A DNA stretch of 64,000 bases from a virus (IMGVR_UViG_3300023181_000001:30509-94508), one strand, 5' to 3'; shown: positions 10,004 through 20,218, counted from the first letter of the stretch. Translations and numbers: made by a program. Notes: generated by a model from the letters alone, not told the origin.

Positions 10004-10378
10004 ATGGAAGAGAAAATTAATTTAATGGAGTATACTTACTCCCCCGATCAAGTGGTTACTATTGACGTTAAAGGGTATCAAATTTATAATCTAATTGAAT
10101 TATTGAATTTAGTTGTTGCCGATAACAGAGTAGATGATGTGTTTTTAGATGTCTACCCGCAATTAGTAAATCCTAATTTCACAGAGGATAAGAATCTAGA
10201 TACGGTTGACATTGAATGGGCGGGATATCCAAATGCGAATTCATTTTTCAGTCAAAGACCTGTATCAGGAATGACTACTCTGGGTGCCCACGCACTAGAT
10301 TTGGTTAATGTATTTAAAAACGTACACAAAGCTTTAGTAGAAGACGGAACAGCTAAAAAACAAACGGAGGACTTATAA
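10004..10378 (+). CDS. hypothetical protein (occupies the groES position but not GroES-like)
   Basis: 124-aa ORF ending 2 nt before the GroEL start. No GroES mobile-loop or GxVxAVGxG features. Confidence 0.45.
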   Translation: MEEKINLMEYTYSPDQVVTIDVKGYQIYNLIELLNLVVADNRVDDVFLDVYPQLVNPNFTEDKNLDTVDIEWAGYPNANSFFSQRPVSGMTTLGAHALDLVNVFKNVHKALVEDGTAKKQTEDL

Positions 10379-10380
10379 GA

Positions 10381-11919
10381 ATGGCAACATTAGTAGGAGA
10401 TAAAAAAGATTTATTAGAAGGTTTTAACACAGTTTGCAACGCCGTAAAAAGGACTTTAGGGGCAGAGGGAAAACTCGCTGTTTTAGAGAATACCCAAATG
10501 GGAGTACCTAAAGTTACCAAAGACGGTGTTTCTGTTGCCCGACATATCCTAGAGAATGACCCTGTGAAATATCAGGGCGTTCTTTTGGCTAAACAGGCGG
10601 CCGTTAAAACTTTGACAGAGATTGGAGATAATACTACAACAACTCTAGTCCTAGCTCAATCCCTAGTAGAAGAAATTGGAGAAAACTTCAACAAGAAAAT
10701 GGAGTTTGGTATGGAAGAGGCGCATAAAGACGCTCAAAGATACCTCAATAAATTCGCCAAGAAAACTACAAAGAAAACAGTAAGGGACATAGCAACAGTT
10801 TCAGCCAATAACGATAAAAACATTGGGGATATCATCGCAAGAGCCTATGAAGAGTCTAATAATGGAGAAGGAATTATAGATTCAATACAGTCCCTAAAGG
10901 AAAAATCAGTTTCTTTAAGAGTTTCCACGGGAATGAAATTAGATAGAGGATGGTTCACGCCAAGCCTTATCAATAATGAAGCCAAAGGAGTATTTGAAGC
11001 CGATAATTGCAACGTCTTGGTATTTGAAGGCTATGAAGTGCATGATTCAGAAGAAGTAAAATCCTATATCAATTCAAAGAAGAATAAGGGAGAGGCAGTT
11101 TTATTAGTTGTTGAACGTTTAGGCGATCCCACTTTCGCAACTGAGAAATTAGCTAAAGTAGTCACTTCAGGAGCAAACGTAATGCTTATTGAAGCTCCCA
11201 TGTACAGAGATGATGACAGCAGGATGCAGACAATGAGGGATATCGCTTTATATACGGACGGAAAAGTTTACAGACAAGGACAGCAAGAACCTTTGGAAGC
11301 AGGGTTTGCAGAAAAAGTCACGGTAAATTTGAACTCAACCAATATCACTAATCCTAGAAATCAAGAAGTTGAATTAAAGCTTCAAGAACTTAGGAATTTG
11401 CAGAGCCAGGATGCTGAAATTGATACAGACTTTTTAAATCACCGCATAAAAACTCTAGAAGGCAAGTCCGTTACAGTTGTTGTAGGAGGAGATATTGAAG
11501 TTGGAGCATCAGAAGTCTTTGACAGGGTAGATGATGCCATTAAAGCGGTAAAATCAGTCTTATTGGAAGGGTCTTTAGCAGGAGGAGGTTCAGCTTTGGC
11601 ACATATTTCTAACCTAATGAACAAAACCTTTGAAAATTCAGATATGCAATATGGTTATGATGCTTTCAAGAGAGCTTTACTATCACCTCTAAAGCAGATT
11701 TGCCAAAATGCAAGAAGAAGTCCCGAAGAACACCTTAAAAAAGCATTTGAAATTTATGGATGGGGTTATAACGGCTCAACAGATGAAACTTCAAATCTTT
11801 TGAAAGACTCTATCATCGATTCTAAGAAAGGTATTTCAGTCGCGTTGAAGAATGCAAAAGCAACAGCAATTTTATTATTAAACATAGATGTAATCAGTAT
11901 AATTTCTCCTAGAGAATAA
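10381..11919 (+). CDS. groL: GroEL-family chaperonin (phage-encoded)
   Basis: 'AVKRTLGAEGKLAVLE' (GroEL AVKVTLGPKGRNVVLD), 'TKDGVSVAR' identical to GroEL, 'GDNTTTTLVLAQSL' (GDGTTTATVLAQAI), 'GGGSALAH' (GGGVALIR). 512 aa, no C-terminal GGM repeats. Confidence 0.85.
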   Translation: MATLVGDKKDLLEGFNTVCNAVKRTLGAEGKLAVLENTQMGVPKVTKDGVSVARHILENDPVKYQGVLLAKQAAVKTLTEIGDNTTTTLVLAQSLVEEIGENFNKKMEFGMEEAHKDAQRYLNKFAKKTTKKTVRDIATVSANNDKNIGDIIARAYEESNNGEGIIDSIQSLKEKSVSLRVSTGMKLDRGWFTPSLINNEAKGVFEADNCNVLVFEGYEVHDSEEVKSYINSKKNKGEAVLLVVERLGDPTFATEKLAKVVTSGANVMLIEAPMYRDDDSRMQTMRDIALYTDGKVYRQGQQEPLEAGFAEKVTVNLNSTNITNPRNQEVELKLQELRNLQSQDAEIDTDFLNHRIKTLEGKSVTVVVGGDIEVGASEVFDRVDDAIKAVKSVLLEGSLAGGGSALAHISNLMNKTFENSDMQYGYDAFKRALLSPLKQICQNARRSPEEHLKKAFEIYGWGYNGSTDETSNLLKDSIIDSKKGISVALKNAKATAILLLNIDVISIISPRE

Positions 11920-11930
11920 TTAAAATAAAA

Positions 11931-12221
11931 ATGGAGCAGTATAAAACAGCAGAAGGAATTTCTTCAAAACAACCAGACTTAGATAATTTTTTACAACAGT
12001 TGGATTATAAACTTCAAAGGTTGGTCGAAGTCAAAGAAAGACTACAGTCAAAAGTACATAAAATGTACGGAGGAGGAATTGAAGGAGTAGTAAAAGAAGT
12101 AGAAAGCGGGGAGCCTGTATTTATTTCTACCGTAGATACTTTGAAGTACAAATTGAATTGGTTAGAAGATGTCGTTGAAGATATATCAGACCTTACAACA
12201 AAAATAGAAGAATTTATTTAA
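11931..12221 (+). CDS. hypothetical protein
   Basis: 96-aa ORF directly downstream of groEL. Confidence 0.45.
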   Translation: MEQYKTAEGISSKQPDLDNFLQQLDYKLQRLVEVKERLQSKVHKMYGGGIEGVVKEVESGEPVFISTVDTLKYKLNWLEDVVEDISDLTTKIEEFI

Positions 12222-12341
12222 TGTTTTGGCATATATTACCAATAAATGATTTAATAGAACACGAAGAAGCCTCAACCTGTCATTGCAATCCAGTGGCAGA
12301 GTTGCAGGGATCGGGAGACTTTTTAATAATCCATATAGCCT

Positions 12342-12572
12342 ATGATGGGCGGAAATAAAACAAAACTAAAAATGCAAACAAAAGGAGAACAAATAGTAAG
12401 GGCAGAATTTAACCCAAGCGGAGTTGGAAATGTGAACTTTTTCAAAGAACAAACAGCTAGAATTATTAATGCAATAGAAGAGGCAAAAGAATTAGATCCG
12501 AGATTAGCTTCAATAGCAATCACAAAGTTTGAAGAAGCTTGTATGTGGGCAGTAAAGCTTGCAACATCATAG
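12342..12572 (+). CDS. hypothetical protein
   Basis: 76-aa ORF followed by a strong terminator. Confidence 0.4.
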   Translation: MMGGNKTKLKMQTKGEQIVRAEFNPSGVGNVNFFKEQTARIINAIEEAKELDPRLASIAITKFEEACMWAVKLATS

Positions 12573-12600
12573 AGATTTTCATTCGACGTGAAATTAAGTT

Positions 12601-12632
12601 AAACCGAAGCCTAAAACACTTCGGTTTTTTGT
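12601..12632 (+). terminator. rho-independent terminator
   Basis: 'AAACCGAAG-cctaaaaca-CTTCGGTTTTTT': 6-9 bp GC-containing stem plus a T-run. Confidence 0.65.
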
Positions 12633-12647
12633 TATAATAAAGTTAAA

Positions 12648-12655
12648 TATATTTG
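12648..12655 (+). promoter_or_regulatory. Bacteroidetes sigma-A -7 box TATATTTG
   Basis: Perfect TAnnTTTG 32 nt upstream of the ATG at 12687, right after a terminator. Confidence 0.5.
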
Positions 12656-12881
12656 ATTTAGATTTAAAATAGATTACTTTTACACTATGAGAATACTATC
12701 AGCAAACATAGAAGATGGAACTAAACAGGTATTTTTAAAATTTGCTTGGCTTCCACAGAAGATAGGTAAAGTTACAGTGTGGCTTGAAACTTATAAAGTA
12801 TTAAAAGAATCATATACTTCAAGCGGTTTTGAAGGGATTGAATGTATACGTTGGAGAACAATTGATAAATACCTATTATAA

Positions 12882-13241
12882 ATGGAAAACCTCAGAACAG
12901 GGAATTTAATCAAACATAAAGAATGGGGAAATGTAGAAGTCTATGGTGCAAACCCAGATGGTGTTCAAGTTTTATATTTTGATTCAATTTATTTATGTGA
13001 TTGGAAAGAAGTAAAAGAATTACCTTTAAATAAAGAAAATTTAAAGCTGTTTAAATATATCCAAGAGATTTCAGAAGGTGAGTATAACGTAGATAATTTT
13101 CTTTTCTTGAAATTAGAAGATTTGGATTGGGATGATATCTGCTTTGATACCTATATTAAAGGTACCTATCTGACTTGTGTATTAACTGTCTCCGAACTTC
13201 AAAACTTATATTTGGATTTGACGCGAAATAAATTAGAATAG
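12882..13241 (+). CDS. hypothetical protein
   Basis: 119-aa ORF. Confidence 0.45.
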   Translation: MENLRTGNLIKHKEWGNVEVYGANPDGVQVLYFDSIYLCDWKEVKELPLNKENLKLFKYIQEISEGEYNVDNFLFLKLEDLDWDDICFDTYIKGTYLTCVLTVSELQNLYLDLTRNKLE

Positions 13242-13256
13242 TATAAAACAGTAATT

Positions 13257-13643
13257 ATGAACAGTAAGAAACAGCTTAACAAAATTAGAACAAAAAAATT
13301 TAAGTTACCTATATTTTTCAACCGCATTAAAGTAGTTATTTGTAACGATTTTGATAAAATTGGTAAGAGATATGAGTTTAATGAAAAGGGACTGAATAAT
13401 TATGGTGCTTTTTATAATAAAAAATTAAACAAAAATGGTATCCTAGTCCACTATGTATGTTTCAGAAAAAACGCAGAGATTGACTTAATTGTGCATGAAA
13501 TAGTACACTTAGTGAATGGGATATTTTTAGCGACGGGTATAAAATTGAATAGGAAAAATGATGAAACACAAGCATACATAACGGCTTTTCTAGTTAAGAA
13601 AATAAGTAAATTTTTATATAAAGATGAAATTAATAAAGACTAA
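13257..13643 (+). CDS. putative HExxH zinc metallopeptidase-like protein
   Basis: 'LIVHEIVHLVNG' contains the HExxH zincin motif in a 128-aa protein (SprT/minimal-peptidase-like). Confidence 0.35.
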   Translation: MNSKKQLNKIRTKKFKLPIFFNRIKVVICNDFDKIGKRYEFNEKGLNNYGAFYNKKLNKNGILVHYVCFRKNAEIDLIVHEIVHLVNGIFLATGIKLNRKNDETQAYITAFLVKKISKFLYKDEINKD

Positions 13644-13974
13644 AACAATAGAAACTGTAACAGAAGAAATAACTGTTAAAGAGGGTATTTATTATTTTTC
13701 TTTACGTTATTTTAACGACGAACCTTACGAATATTACAGGATAAGTCTTCTTAATAATGGCGCAGATGACAGTTACCCACTTGTGGAAATCACTAGAGTC
13801 AGAGATAGTTATGATGATTATTTAATTCTTTCCAAGTCGGATTATATGGACAATCTCCCATACACTGCCGAAAGCTACTTCAAAGGAGAAAATATTGATG
13901 ATGAACAGAGATTTAAAACGATTACAGAAGAGGAGTTTATCGCCGTAAAAGAAAAAGTAAAAGAATTATTATGA
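13624..13974 (+). CDS. hypothetical protein
   Basis: 116-aa ORF, overlapping start. Confidence 0.4.
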   Translation: MKLIKTKTIETVTEEITVKEGIYYFSLRYFNDEPYEYYRISLLNNGADDSYPLVEITRVRDSYDDYLILSKSDYMDNLPYTAESYFKGENIDDEQRFKTITEEEFIAVKEKVKELL

Positions 13975-14354
13975 TAGAAGATTGGAATAAATTAACAGAC
14001 AAAATTACTCAAGAATGGATTAGGAAGTATTTTGATATTCTTGAAGGTGAGGATTTGGATTATTATTGGGTTTCGGGAGATATAGGAACAGTTTTTGAAT
14101 TTGCAGATTACTTTTTTGATTTTCAGAATGTATTAGACTGTTTTAGATATAACATATCAAAAGATAATCTATTTAATTGGTATGAAGCTTGCCTGTCCGA
14201 CTCTTCTTTTCAACTGTCTTTGGCGAATTTTATTTTGAAACCTGAAGAATTAAAAGATCAGCAGAGACTTAGTTTAAAAAGGTCTAAGGGAAACTTAAAA
14301 ATGGCGGAAGAAGAATTTAAAAAGCAATTACAGAAACACTTTAAAAATGGATAA
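13971..14354 (+). CDS. hypothetical protein
   Basis: 127-aa ORF, ATGA overlap. Confidence 0.4.
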   Translation: MIEDWNKLTDKITQEWIRKYFDILEGEDLDYYWVSGDIGTVFEFADYFFDFQNVLDCFRYNISKDNLFNWYEACLSDSSFQLSLANFILKPEELKDQQRLSLKRSKGNLKMAEEEFKKQLQKHFKNG

Positions 14355-14679
14355 AATAGAATTTACAGTAGGCGAATTAAAAGAGATGGCTTTAGAATCA
14401 ATGAAGCAAATGGTTTTAAAAGCAGTTGACAAAAACCGAGAAAATATAAATAATAGTTTAGATGAGTACTTTAAAAAATCTTGGGTTAGCAATAAAGCTA
14501 ATAAATTTGAAGATGCGTTTGACTGGGCTTTAGAGAACTGGTTTAGAGAGGGCTTGAAAGTTGCTATGGAAGAGATGGATTTAAAACAGCTCATTGTAGA
14601 TAAAGCTAAAGAGATGCTAACAGATGACGTTATAAAAGAATTGGCGCATAAAAAAGTTAAAACATCTTTAGGTTTATGA
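14347..14679 (+). CDS. hypothetical protein
   Basis: 110-aa ORF. Confidence 0.4.
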   Translation: MDKIEFTVGELKEMALESMKQMVLKAVDKNRENINNSLDEYFKKSWVSNKANKFEDAFDWALENWFREGLKVAMEEMDLKQLIVDKAKEMLTDDVIKELAHKKVKTSLGL

Positions 14680-14899
14680 AAATAATAAAAACTTATGATC
14701 CCCCAGAAAATCTAAAAGAGTACTCTCTAAGTCCTTATGAAGACAAGGATTATATTTTAAAACGTTTTGGTGAGAAGCAAGGATCAGAAATATTAAAAGA
14801 ATTAAAATCTAGAGAAACAGTTTTGATTTGCAAAGAGTGGTATGATCCACAAAGTCTTTCAAGAGGAACCGAGTTTATTATAAATAATAAAGTGATTAT

Positions 14900-15142
14900 A
14901 TGAAAAAATTAATTTTACTGTTTTCAATTCTAGCTATACTGTCAATAACAATTCTTTTAGCAATAGCTACAGAATTTGATAGCCAAAATCGCGCAGAAAG
15001 AGAAAAATATCAAGAAAATTTAGGTAAAACTGTAGTAGTAGGAAAAGATACTCTGATAATAACCAACTATAATATCTTTCTAGGACAATATCGTTTGTCT
15101 AATGGTAGTGATGTAAGTTCGGAATTAATTTTTAAAAAATGA
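14900..15142 (+). CDS. small membrane or exported protein
   Basis: N-terminal hydrophobic segment 'LILLFSILAILSITILLAIA'. Confidence 0.4.
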   Translation: MKKLILLFSILAILSITILLAIATEFDSQNRAEREKYQENLGKTVVVGKDTLIITNYNIFLGQYRLSNGSDVSSELIFKK

Positions 15143-15564
15143 TAAAAATAGAAAGACTCAGTAGTAAAGAAATACTACTTACAAAAGAAAAAACTGACAG
15201 TTGGGGGGATTGCTCTTATAAATCCTTAAAAGAAAGGTTTCAAATAGAAGAAGAAATAAAATCTCATAGATTTAAAGATGGAAATCACATAGGAAGTGAA
15301 ATTTTAATATATTTAATATGAATTTATCACAGTTTATTACAGATAGCGAAGTAGTTAGAAACAATGAGAATGCGGAGATAATAATTGACTACTATGAAGG
15401 GCATCCCATAAGACTGATAGGTTTTAAAGAGGAAACTTCTAAAACTGATTTTGAAATATTAGAAAGCGGATTTAACTACTATAATATCCTTCTTAAAAAT
15501 TTAGAATAGATAACATATTATCCAATTAAAGTAAATTATAACTAAAATAACTAATATATTATCT

Positions 15565-15969
15565 ATGACAAAAGAAGAGTTATTAAATAAAAATAATCAC
15601 TCATTGACTATGGGAGATTTGAGAAAGTTTGTGGAAGAAAATAAATATTTAGATGACAATGCTCCGTGCCTAGTTCAAAGAGTTGAAGATTCCTATTTTG
15701 AACCCAGAGAGTTTAACGGTAATATGACAAAAGGCTGGGATGTATTGAAAGTAAAAGGTGAATGTTATTATAACGCTTTAAACTGGAATACTAAAATGCA
15801 AAAAGAAATTGAACTCAGAGAAAAAGGCATCTATGATTATCCAAATCTAAAAGAGCCCTTAGATTTAATTTCGACGGAAGAAGAATTAGAAAGTTATAAA
15901 GAACAGTTCTATCAATCACACTGCATAACAACAGATAAAGAAATAGTTTATATTTATTCACATTATTAA
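15565..15969 (+). CDS. hypothetical protein
   Basis: 134-aa ORF. Confidence 0.4.
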   Translation: MTKEELLNKNNHSLTMGDLRKFVEENKYLDDNAPCLVQRVEDSYFEPREFNGNMTKGWDVLKVKGECYYNALNWNTKMQKEIELREKGIYDYPNLKEPLDLISTEEELESYKEQFYQSHCITTDKEIVYIYSHY

Positions 15970-15971
15970 AG

Positions 15972-16304
15972 ATGACAGAAAATCAAAAACAGTTAAAAAT
16001 AGCGTTTAGAAAAACTGACGGTTACAAAGTGATGGAAACTTGGAGCGGCGACGGAATTTATTCAGATCCAAAAAATCTTATTGAAAATAAAGAATTTCAA
16101 GCTGAATTAAGATACTCAGGTTTTTCAAGAGGCAGAAGCAGTTTAAACATCCAGTGGACAGATGATAAAAACAAACAAATATATTATTCAGGTATGTCAC
16201 TTTTAGACAAGGCTCTTAAAGACGGTAGAATAAACGGAGACAAATTAAAATCAGACTTCTGCTTCAAGAAACAAGGTACGGCAATATTATTAGAAGAAGT
16301 TTAA
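15972..16304 (+). CDS. hypothetical protein
   Basis: 110-aa ORF. Confidence 0.4.
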   Translation: MTENQKQLKIAFRKTDGYKVMETWSGDGIYSDPKNLIENKEFQAELRYSGFSRGRSSLNIQWTDDKNKQIYYSGMSLLDKALKDGRINGDKLKSDFCFKKQGTAILLEEV

Positions 16305-16323
16305 ATCGCGTAAAAATAAAACA

Positions 16324-16650
16324 ATGTATAGAAAACTTAAAAGAACATGGTCTCATAATGACCTAAATTACATCCCGAGATTCAAGGAACAGTTTCCAGA
16401 ATTAAATAAAGTAAACAGTGAAGAATTATGTGATAGATTTATAGCCATGAAGATGGAATTCTATTGTGAAGAGAAAGTACCTGTAAGTTTTTGGACTAGG
16501 TTAACCCTGCCGTTTGCTATTTTGACTATGATTTTGATGTTTCTTCTACTACCTATTAATTTCTTGTTCACGGGTAGTTGGGGATATAGTTTTGAAAAGA
16601 AATATCTAAAATTGTTGAATTGGTTCAGAGCTTTAAGGATAAGTTTTTAA
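16324..16650 (+). CDS. membrane protein
   Basis: C-terminal TM segment 'LTLPFAILTMILMFLLLPINFLF'. Confidence 0.4.
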   Translation: MYRKLKRTWSHNDLNYIPRFKEQFPELNKVNSEELCDRFIAMKMEFYCEEKVPVSFWTRLTLPFAILTMILMFLLLPINFLFTGSWGYSFEKKYLKLLNWFRALRISF

Positions 16651-16663
16651 AATCGGCGGAAAA

Positions 16664-16963
16664 ATGAAAGAAAATAACTTTAATAAAGAAGACCTAATTT
16701 TCAACTATTCGAAGCCAGAAGTAGGAGAAGACTGCATAGTAAACTTCGGAGGCTGTGGTATAATATTAAACTGCAAGGTGTCCTCAAAGAAATATACAGA
16801 TTTTGGCAAAGTATTTTACGATGTCAAATTCAAGCCTTTCAAAGGGGAAGATACCGAGGGAGAATACCAAACAGAAATAAAAGACATAGACGGATATTTC
16901 ATAGAGAGGGAACAAGACAGGTTCACAGGGAAATCGAATATGCCTTTCAATTATCAAAATTAA
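16664..16963 (+). CDS. hypothetical protein
   Basis: 99-aa ORF preceded by the TCGGCGGAAAAA motif. Confidence 0.4.
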   Translation: MKENNFNKEDLIFNYSKPEVGEDCIVNFGGCGIILNCKVSSKKYTDFGKVFYDVKFKPFKGEDTEGEYQTEIKDIDGYFIEREQDRFTGKSNMPFNYQN

Positions 16964-16965
16964 AG

Positions 16966-17301
16966 ATGAAAAACCTATTAAAAATAAGAAACGCAGATTC
17001 TATAAACAAGCTGAGTAAGAAAAGAAAGAGAGGTAAAATAATTTCCATAATCAGAAGAACGGCCTCTTTGGAAAGTTCAATGATAGTTTTAGAACAGTAC
17101 GGAATTCTAGAGATATTTAAGTTCATACCTTTACTATCTGCCCTAAATAAAGAAAAAGTAAAACTACAACTAGCTTACAGAGATGGGACAATCAAACAAG
17201 AGACGGTTGAAGCCATCGATAATGATTTAGAAGATGGTTCTTATATACTACCTTATCAACTCAGGAAGAAGTACGGAACAAAAATCGCGGGAAAAAGATG
17301 A
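16966..17301 (+). CDS. hypothetical protein
   Basis: 111-aa ORF. Confidence 0.4.
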   Translation: MKNLLKIRNADSINKLSKKRKRGKIISIIRRTASLESSMIVLEQYGILEIFKFIPLLSALNKEKVKLQLAYRDGTIKQETVEAIDNDLEDGSYILPYQLRKKYGTKIAGKR

Positions 17302-17651
17302 AAATAAAAGAATTAAGATTAGGCAACCTGCTACTAAGAAATGGCTGGACAGAAACAGTAAACAAACTAAGCACCACTAGGATAAATAAAAACATAGCTT
17401 CTGAATATCAAGGAATCCCCCTAACAAAAGAGTTACTCATTAAAAATGGATTTGGAGATGACACTTATGGAAATTTTTCAATCCAAGTTCAAGAATATTG
17501 TTATCTAGTTTTAAGTATAGAAGGCAAAGCAGAATTAAGAGAGATTATAAATATCGCAGACCACTCTTTTAGCTTAAGCTGCGAGTACGTACACCAACTT
17601 CAGAATCTATATTTCAGTTTGGTGGGGAAAGAATTAATCGCCGAAAAATAA
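17298..17651 (+). CDS. hypothetical protein
   Basis: 117-aa ORF, ATGA overlap. Confidence 0.4.
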   Translation: MKIKELRLGNLLLRNGWTETVNKLSTTRINKNIASEYQGIPLTKELLIKNGFGDDTYGNFSIQVQEYCYLVLSIEGKAELREIINIADHSFSLSCEYVHQLQNLYFSLVGKELIAEK

Positions 17652-17658
17652 AATTAAA

Positions 17659-18057
17659 ATGACAGAAAAACTAAGGTATATAGAAATGGATAATGGAGAT
17701 AGGCTATATGAACATAAAGATGGAAAAGAATATGTAATGAAAGATGAAATAGTAAAAATAGCAGGAAGTAGAACAAAAGGATTTACAAAGAAACAGCTAA
17801 AAGAAATATTTAAAAAGTTCAATTTAGACTCAGACTGGAACCGTTTATACTACAGAATAAGCAGATACGACATAGGTTTGTATTTTGATAGCGGAAAATG
17901 GCATTATGACGATGCCTACTTTTATAAATCTTACATAGGACTAATCCACAAGACAGACAAAGATTATTTCGGTATGGCTATAGGAGGTGCAAGTGAGTTT
18001 GTGAGAAGTAATAGGGATTTAGTTAGAGAAGTGTTTCCTTTGAAGGACTTTATTTAG
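17659..18057 (+). CDS. hypothetical protein
   Basis: 132-aa ORF, last gene before the ~900 bp non-coding region. Confidence 0.45.
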   Translation: MTEKLRYIEMDNGDRLYEHKDGKEYVMKDEIVKIAGSRTKGFTKKQLKEIFKKFNLDSDWNRLYYRISRYDIGLYFDSGKWHYDDAYFYKSYIGLIHKTDKDYFGMAIGGASEFVRSNRDLVREVFPLKDFI

Positions 18058-18434
18058 AGAGAATACAAAAATTTATTGAGAGTGGTTTTGTAAGAAATGA
18101 CCTACCTATACACTTCTGGGGCAAAAGGTAAAAACTTCCCCCTATCCCCACCTTGCTATCTCAAAACTATTTTCGAGCCTTAGAAGCCAAAAAGTTTGAA
18201 CCTGGAAAAAAGTGCTTGCCTTGGTTACTGTCTTAGTTACTTTTGTGCTACTGTTTTACTACCCTTATTTAGTTATGTTATTAGCAGTTGTTGCTTCTGT
18301 TTTTAGTTTTCTTTTTGCGCGGGATTTAATAAATAACGAATCAAATCAAATGCTTTTCTAATAATATGATCGCGCCCGCACGTAATACGAAATTCTTTTT
18401 TCATATCCTATTTTTATTTTAATTATTTTCATAG

Positions 18435-18442
18435 TACATTTG
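18435..18442 (+). promoter_or_regulatory. Bacteroidetes -7 box TACATTTG
   Basis: TAnnTTTG match inside the long non-coding region. Confidence 0.3.
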
Positions 18443-18818
18443 TATCAGTTCTAACAAGGTATTGAAAATTAATTATAAACTTTAACACTTTTAGTTATTG
18501 TTTATTCAATTAACTTCCTTATCTTTGTAATGTATTAGTTAAGCAGTTCTTTTTATCCTTTCTTTCCCGCCGATTAAAAGGCTTGAAAAATTTAACAAAT
18601 TAAATTAGGTTATTAGATTTTAAATGCTTACCTTTACAAAAGAATTATAATACCAGTTCATTGACAGTATTGTGTAAAAAGTTAACAAGCGTTAAGCCTC
18701 CTATTTTTAGATAGTTGGGACGTGATTAAGGTTAACAAAAAATAGTATGGGGTTATTAATATACCTTACTTGCAAAGCTATTGAAAAGTAAAAAATTAAA
18801 TTTATCGAAAATTACCAC

Positions 18819-18842
18819 TCCCTATTTAGTAGGGATTTTTTA
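18819..18842 (+). terminator. rho-independent terminator
   Basis: 'TCCCTA-tttag-TAGGGA' + TTTTTTAT. Confidence 0.55.
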
Positions 18843-18887
18843 TATATTATTATTTGGTCGGTGTGAAATGCACGCAAATAAAAACTT

Positions 18888-18934
18888 TTCCCGCCCAGCA
18901 ATTAATGTTGCTACAATCGAATTGAGGGCGGGAA
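18888..18934 (+). promoter_or_regulatory. long GC-stem hairpin (TTCCCGCCC ... GGGCGGGAA) with a nested AGCAA/TTGCT stem
   Basis: 9-bp GC stem, rare in AT-rich DNA, 20 nt upstream of the ORF at 18956. Includes one copy of the recurrent GC motif. Confidence 0.4.
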
Positions 18935-18955
18935 TCTAACCTAAAATCTAAAGTT

Positions 18956-19171
18956 ATGACAAAGCAACAATTTGACCAGGAATTTAAACTAAACGATTTA
19001 GAAGTAATAGCAAAACAGTACGAAACTGACGGAATACCAGACAGACCAGCAAGACGTGAAGCATACAATAATAAAGTAGATGCTTATCAAAAAGACGGTT
19101 TGATTACTGAAGACGATGCAAATGATTGGTGTATTACTAATTCATTAGAAACTACTTTATATTGGTTATAA
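18956..19171 (+). CDS. hypothetical protein
   Basis: 71-aa ORF, first gene after the long non-coding region. Confidence 0.4.
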   Translation: MTKQQFDQEFKLNDLEVIAKQYETDGIPDRPARREAYNNKVDAYQKDGLITEDDANDWCITNSLETTLYWL

Positions 19172-19337
19172 ATTTCGCGAAAAAACAGTTTAAAAATGAA
19201 AACAATCTATAAAAAATACATACGTAATAATTGGTTTTGGCTAAACAGAGAGATTATATCAATAATAGCTTTAATAATTCTAGCCTTTATTGCAGTTTTG
19301 AACACTTTAGAAATGTTAATCGATAAAATATAATATT

Positions 19338-19685
19338 ATGGAAACTACAGTTTATACTCACTTTGAAAAAACAATCATTGATAATATTGACTTTGATGTT
19401 TACGGCTATTCAAATGACTGTTATCTTTATGATAAAATTAAGACTTGCTTTAATATTTTTGTTAGCGAGTACGTTCACCCCAATAACTGTAATCAGCCTG
19501 TAAAGGAGGTTTTTGCGGAGTGGTTGAAAGGTTTGCCAAGTGTTTTAAGCGTGCCATTTTACTACAATGAAATCATTGAGAATGCACAAGACGCAGGCAT
19601 AAAAATAAAAGATGAAGAACAGTTCTGTCAAGACTATTGGAAGAATTTAGCCGAAGCGTTTTTCACTTTAAAAGACAATCTTTAA
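19338..19685 (+). CDS. hypothetical protein
   Basis: 115-aa ORF. Confidence 0.4.
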   Translation: METTVYTHFEKTIIDNIDFDVYGYSNDCYLYDKIKTCFNIFVSEYVHPNNCNQPVKEVFAEWLKGLPSVLSVPFYYNEIIENAQDAGIKIKDEEQFCQDYWKNLAEAFFTLKDNL

Positions 19686-19900
19686 ATCGCCGAAAAAAGA
19701 AATTAAAAAATGAAAACATTAACAGCTTCAAGAACAAGAAACAGTTCTAACTATGTAACAACAGTATTTAAGTTAGAAGGAAAGGTAAAGGCAATCTTTG
19801 ATTCAAGATTAAGACAGCCGCGAAAAGGCTTAAAAACAATCACAATCAACTGTAATAAATATTTAATCAATTGGGATAACTGCCCTAAAATATAAAGTCT

Positions 19901-20218
19901 ATGAGTTACTTAAATAAAAAATACGTTCCTAACGACAATAGCTATGCTAAGAATTTAACAGGGCTAGAAGATTATTGTCTGGCAGGTAATATGTTAGGAG
20001 ATGATCCGAAAGAAGTGCTAATAGTTTCAGAACCCTATAAAGAGGATATAGATAGTTTATATTCAGGTAAAAGAGAGCATGAGTTTATAAATGTCCTTTA
20101 TATGGGTGACACCATAAGAGTTCTATTTAGCGAGATAAATGTTAATAAAGATTTGACCGAAGCAATAATAAGGAACAGACAGGTGACAGAAAATAGCCAA
20201 AGATTTTGGGATTTGTAA
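19901..20218 (+). CDS. hypothetical protein
   Basis: 105-aa ORF. Confidence 0.4.
   Translation: MSYLNKKYVPNDNSYAKNLTGLEDYCLAGNMLGDDPKEVLIVSEPYKEDIDSLYSGKREHEFINVLYMGDTIRVLFSEINVNKDLTEAIIRNRQVTENSQRFWDL

Noticed and set aside
10004-10378. GroES co-chaperonin upstream of GroEL
   Set aside because: 124 aa, no GroES mobile-loop or beta-barrel signature residues. Kept only as a hypothetical protein.
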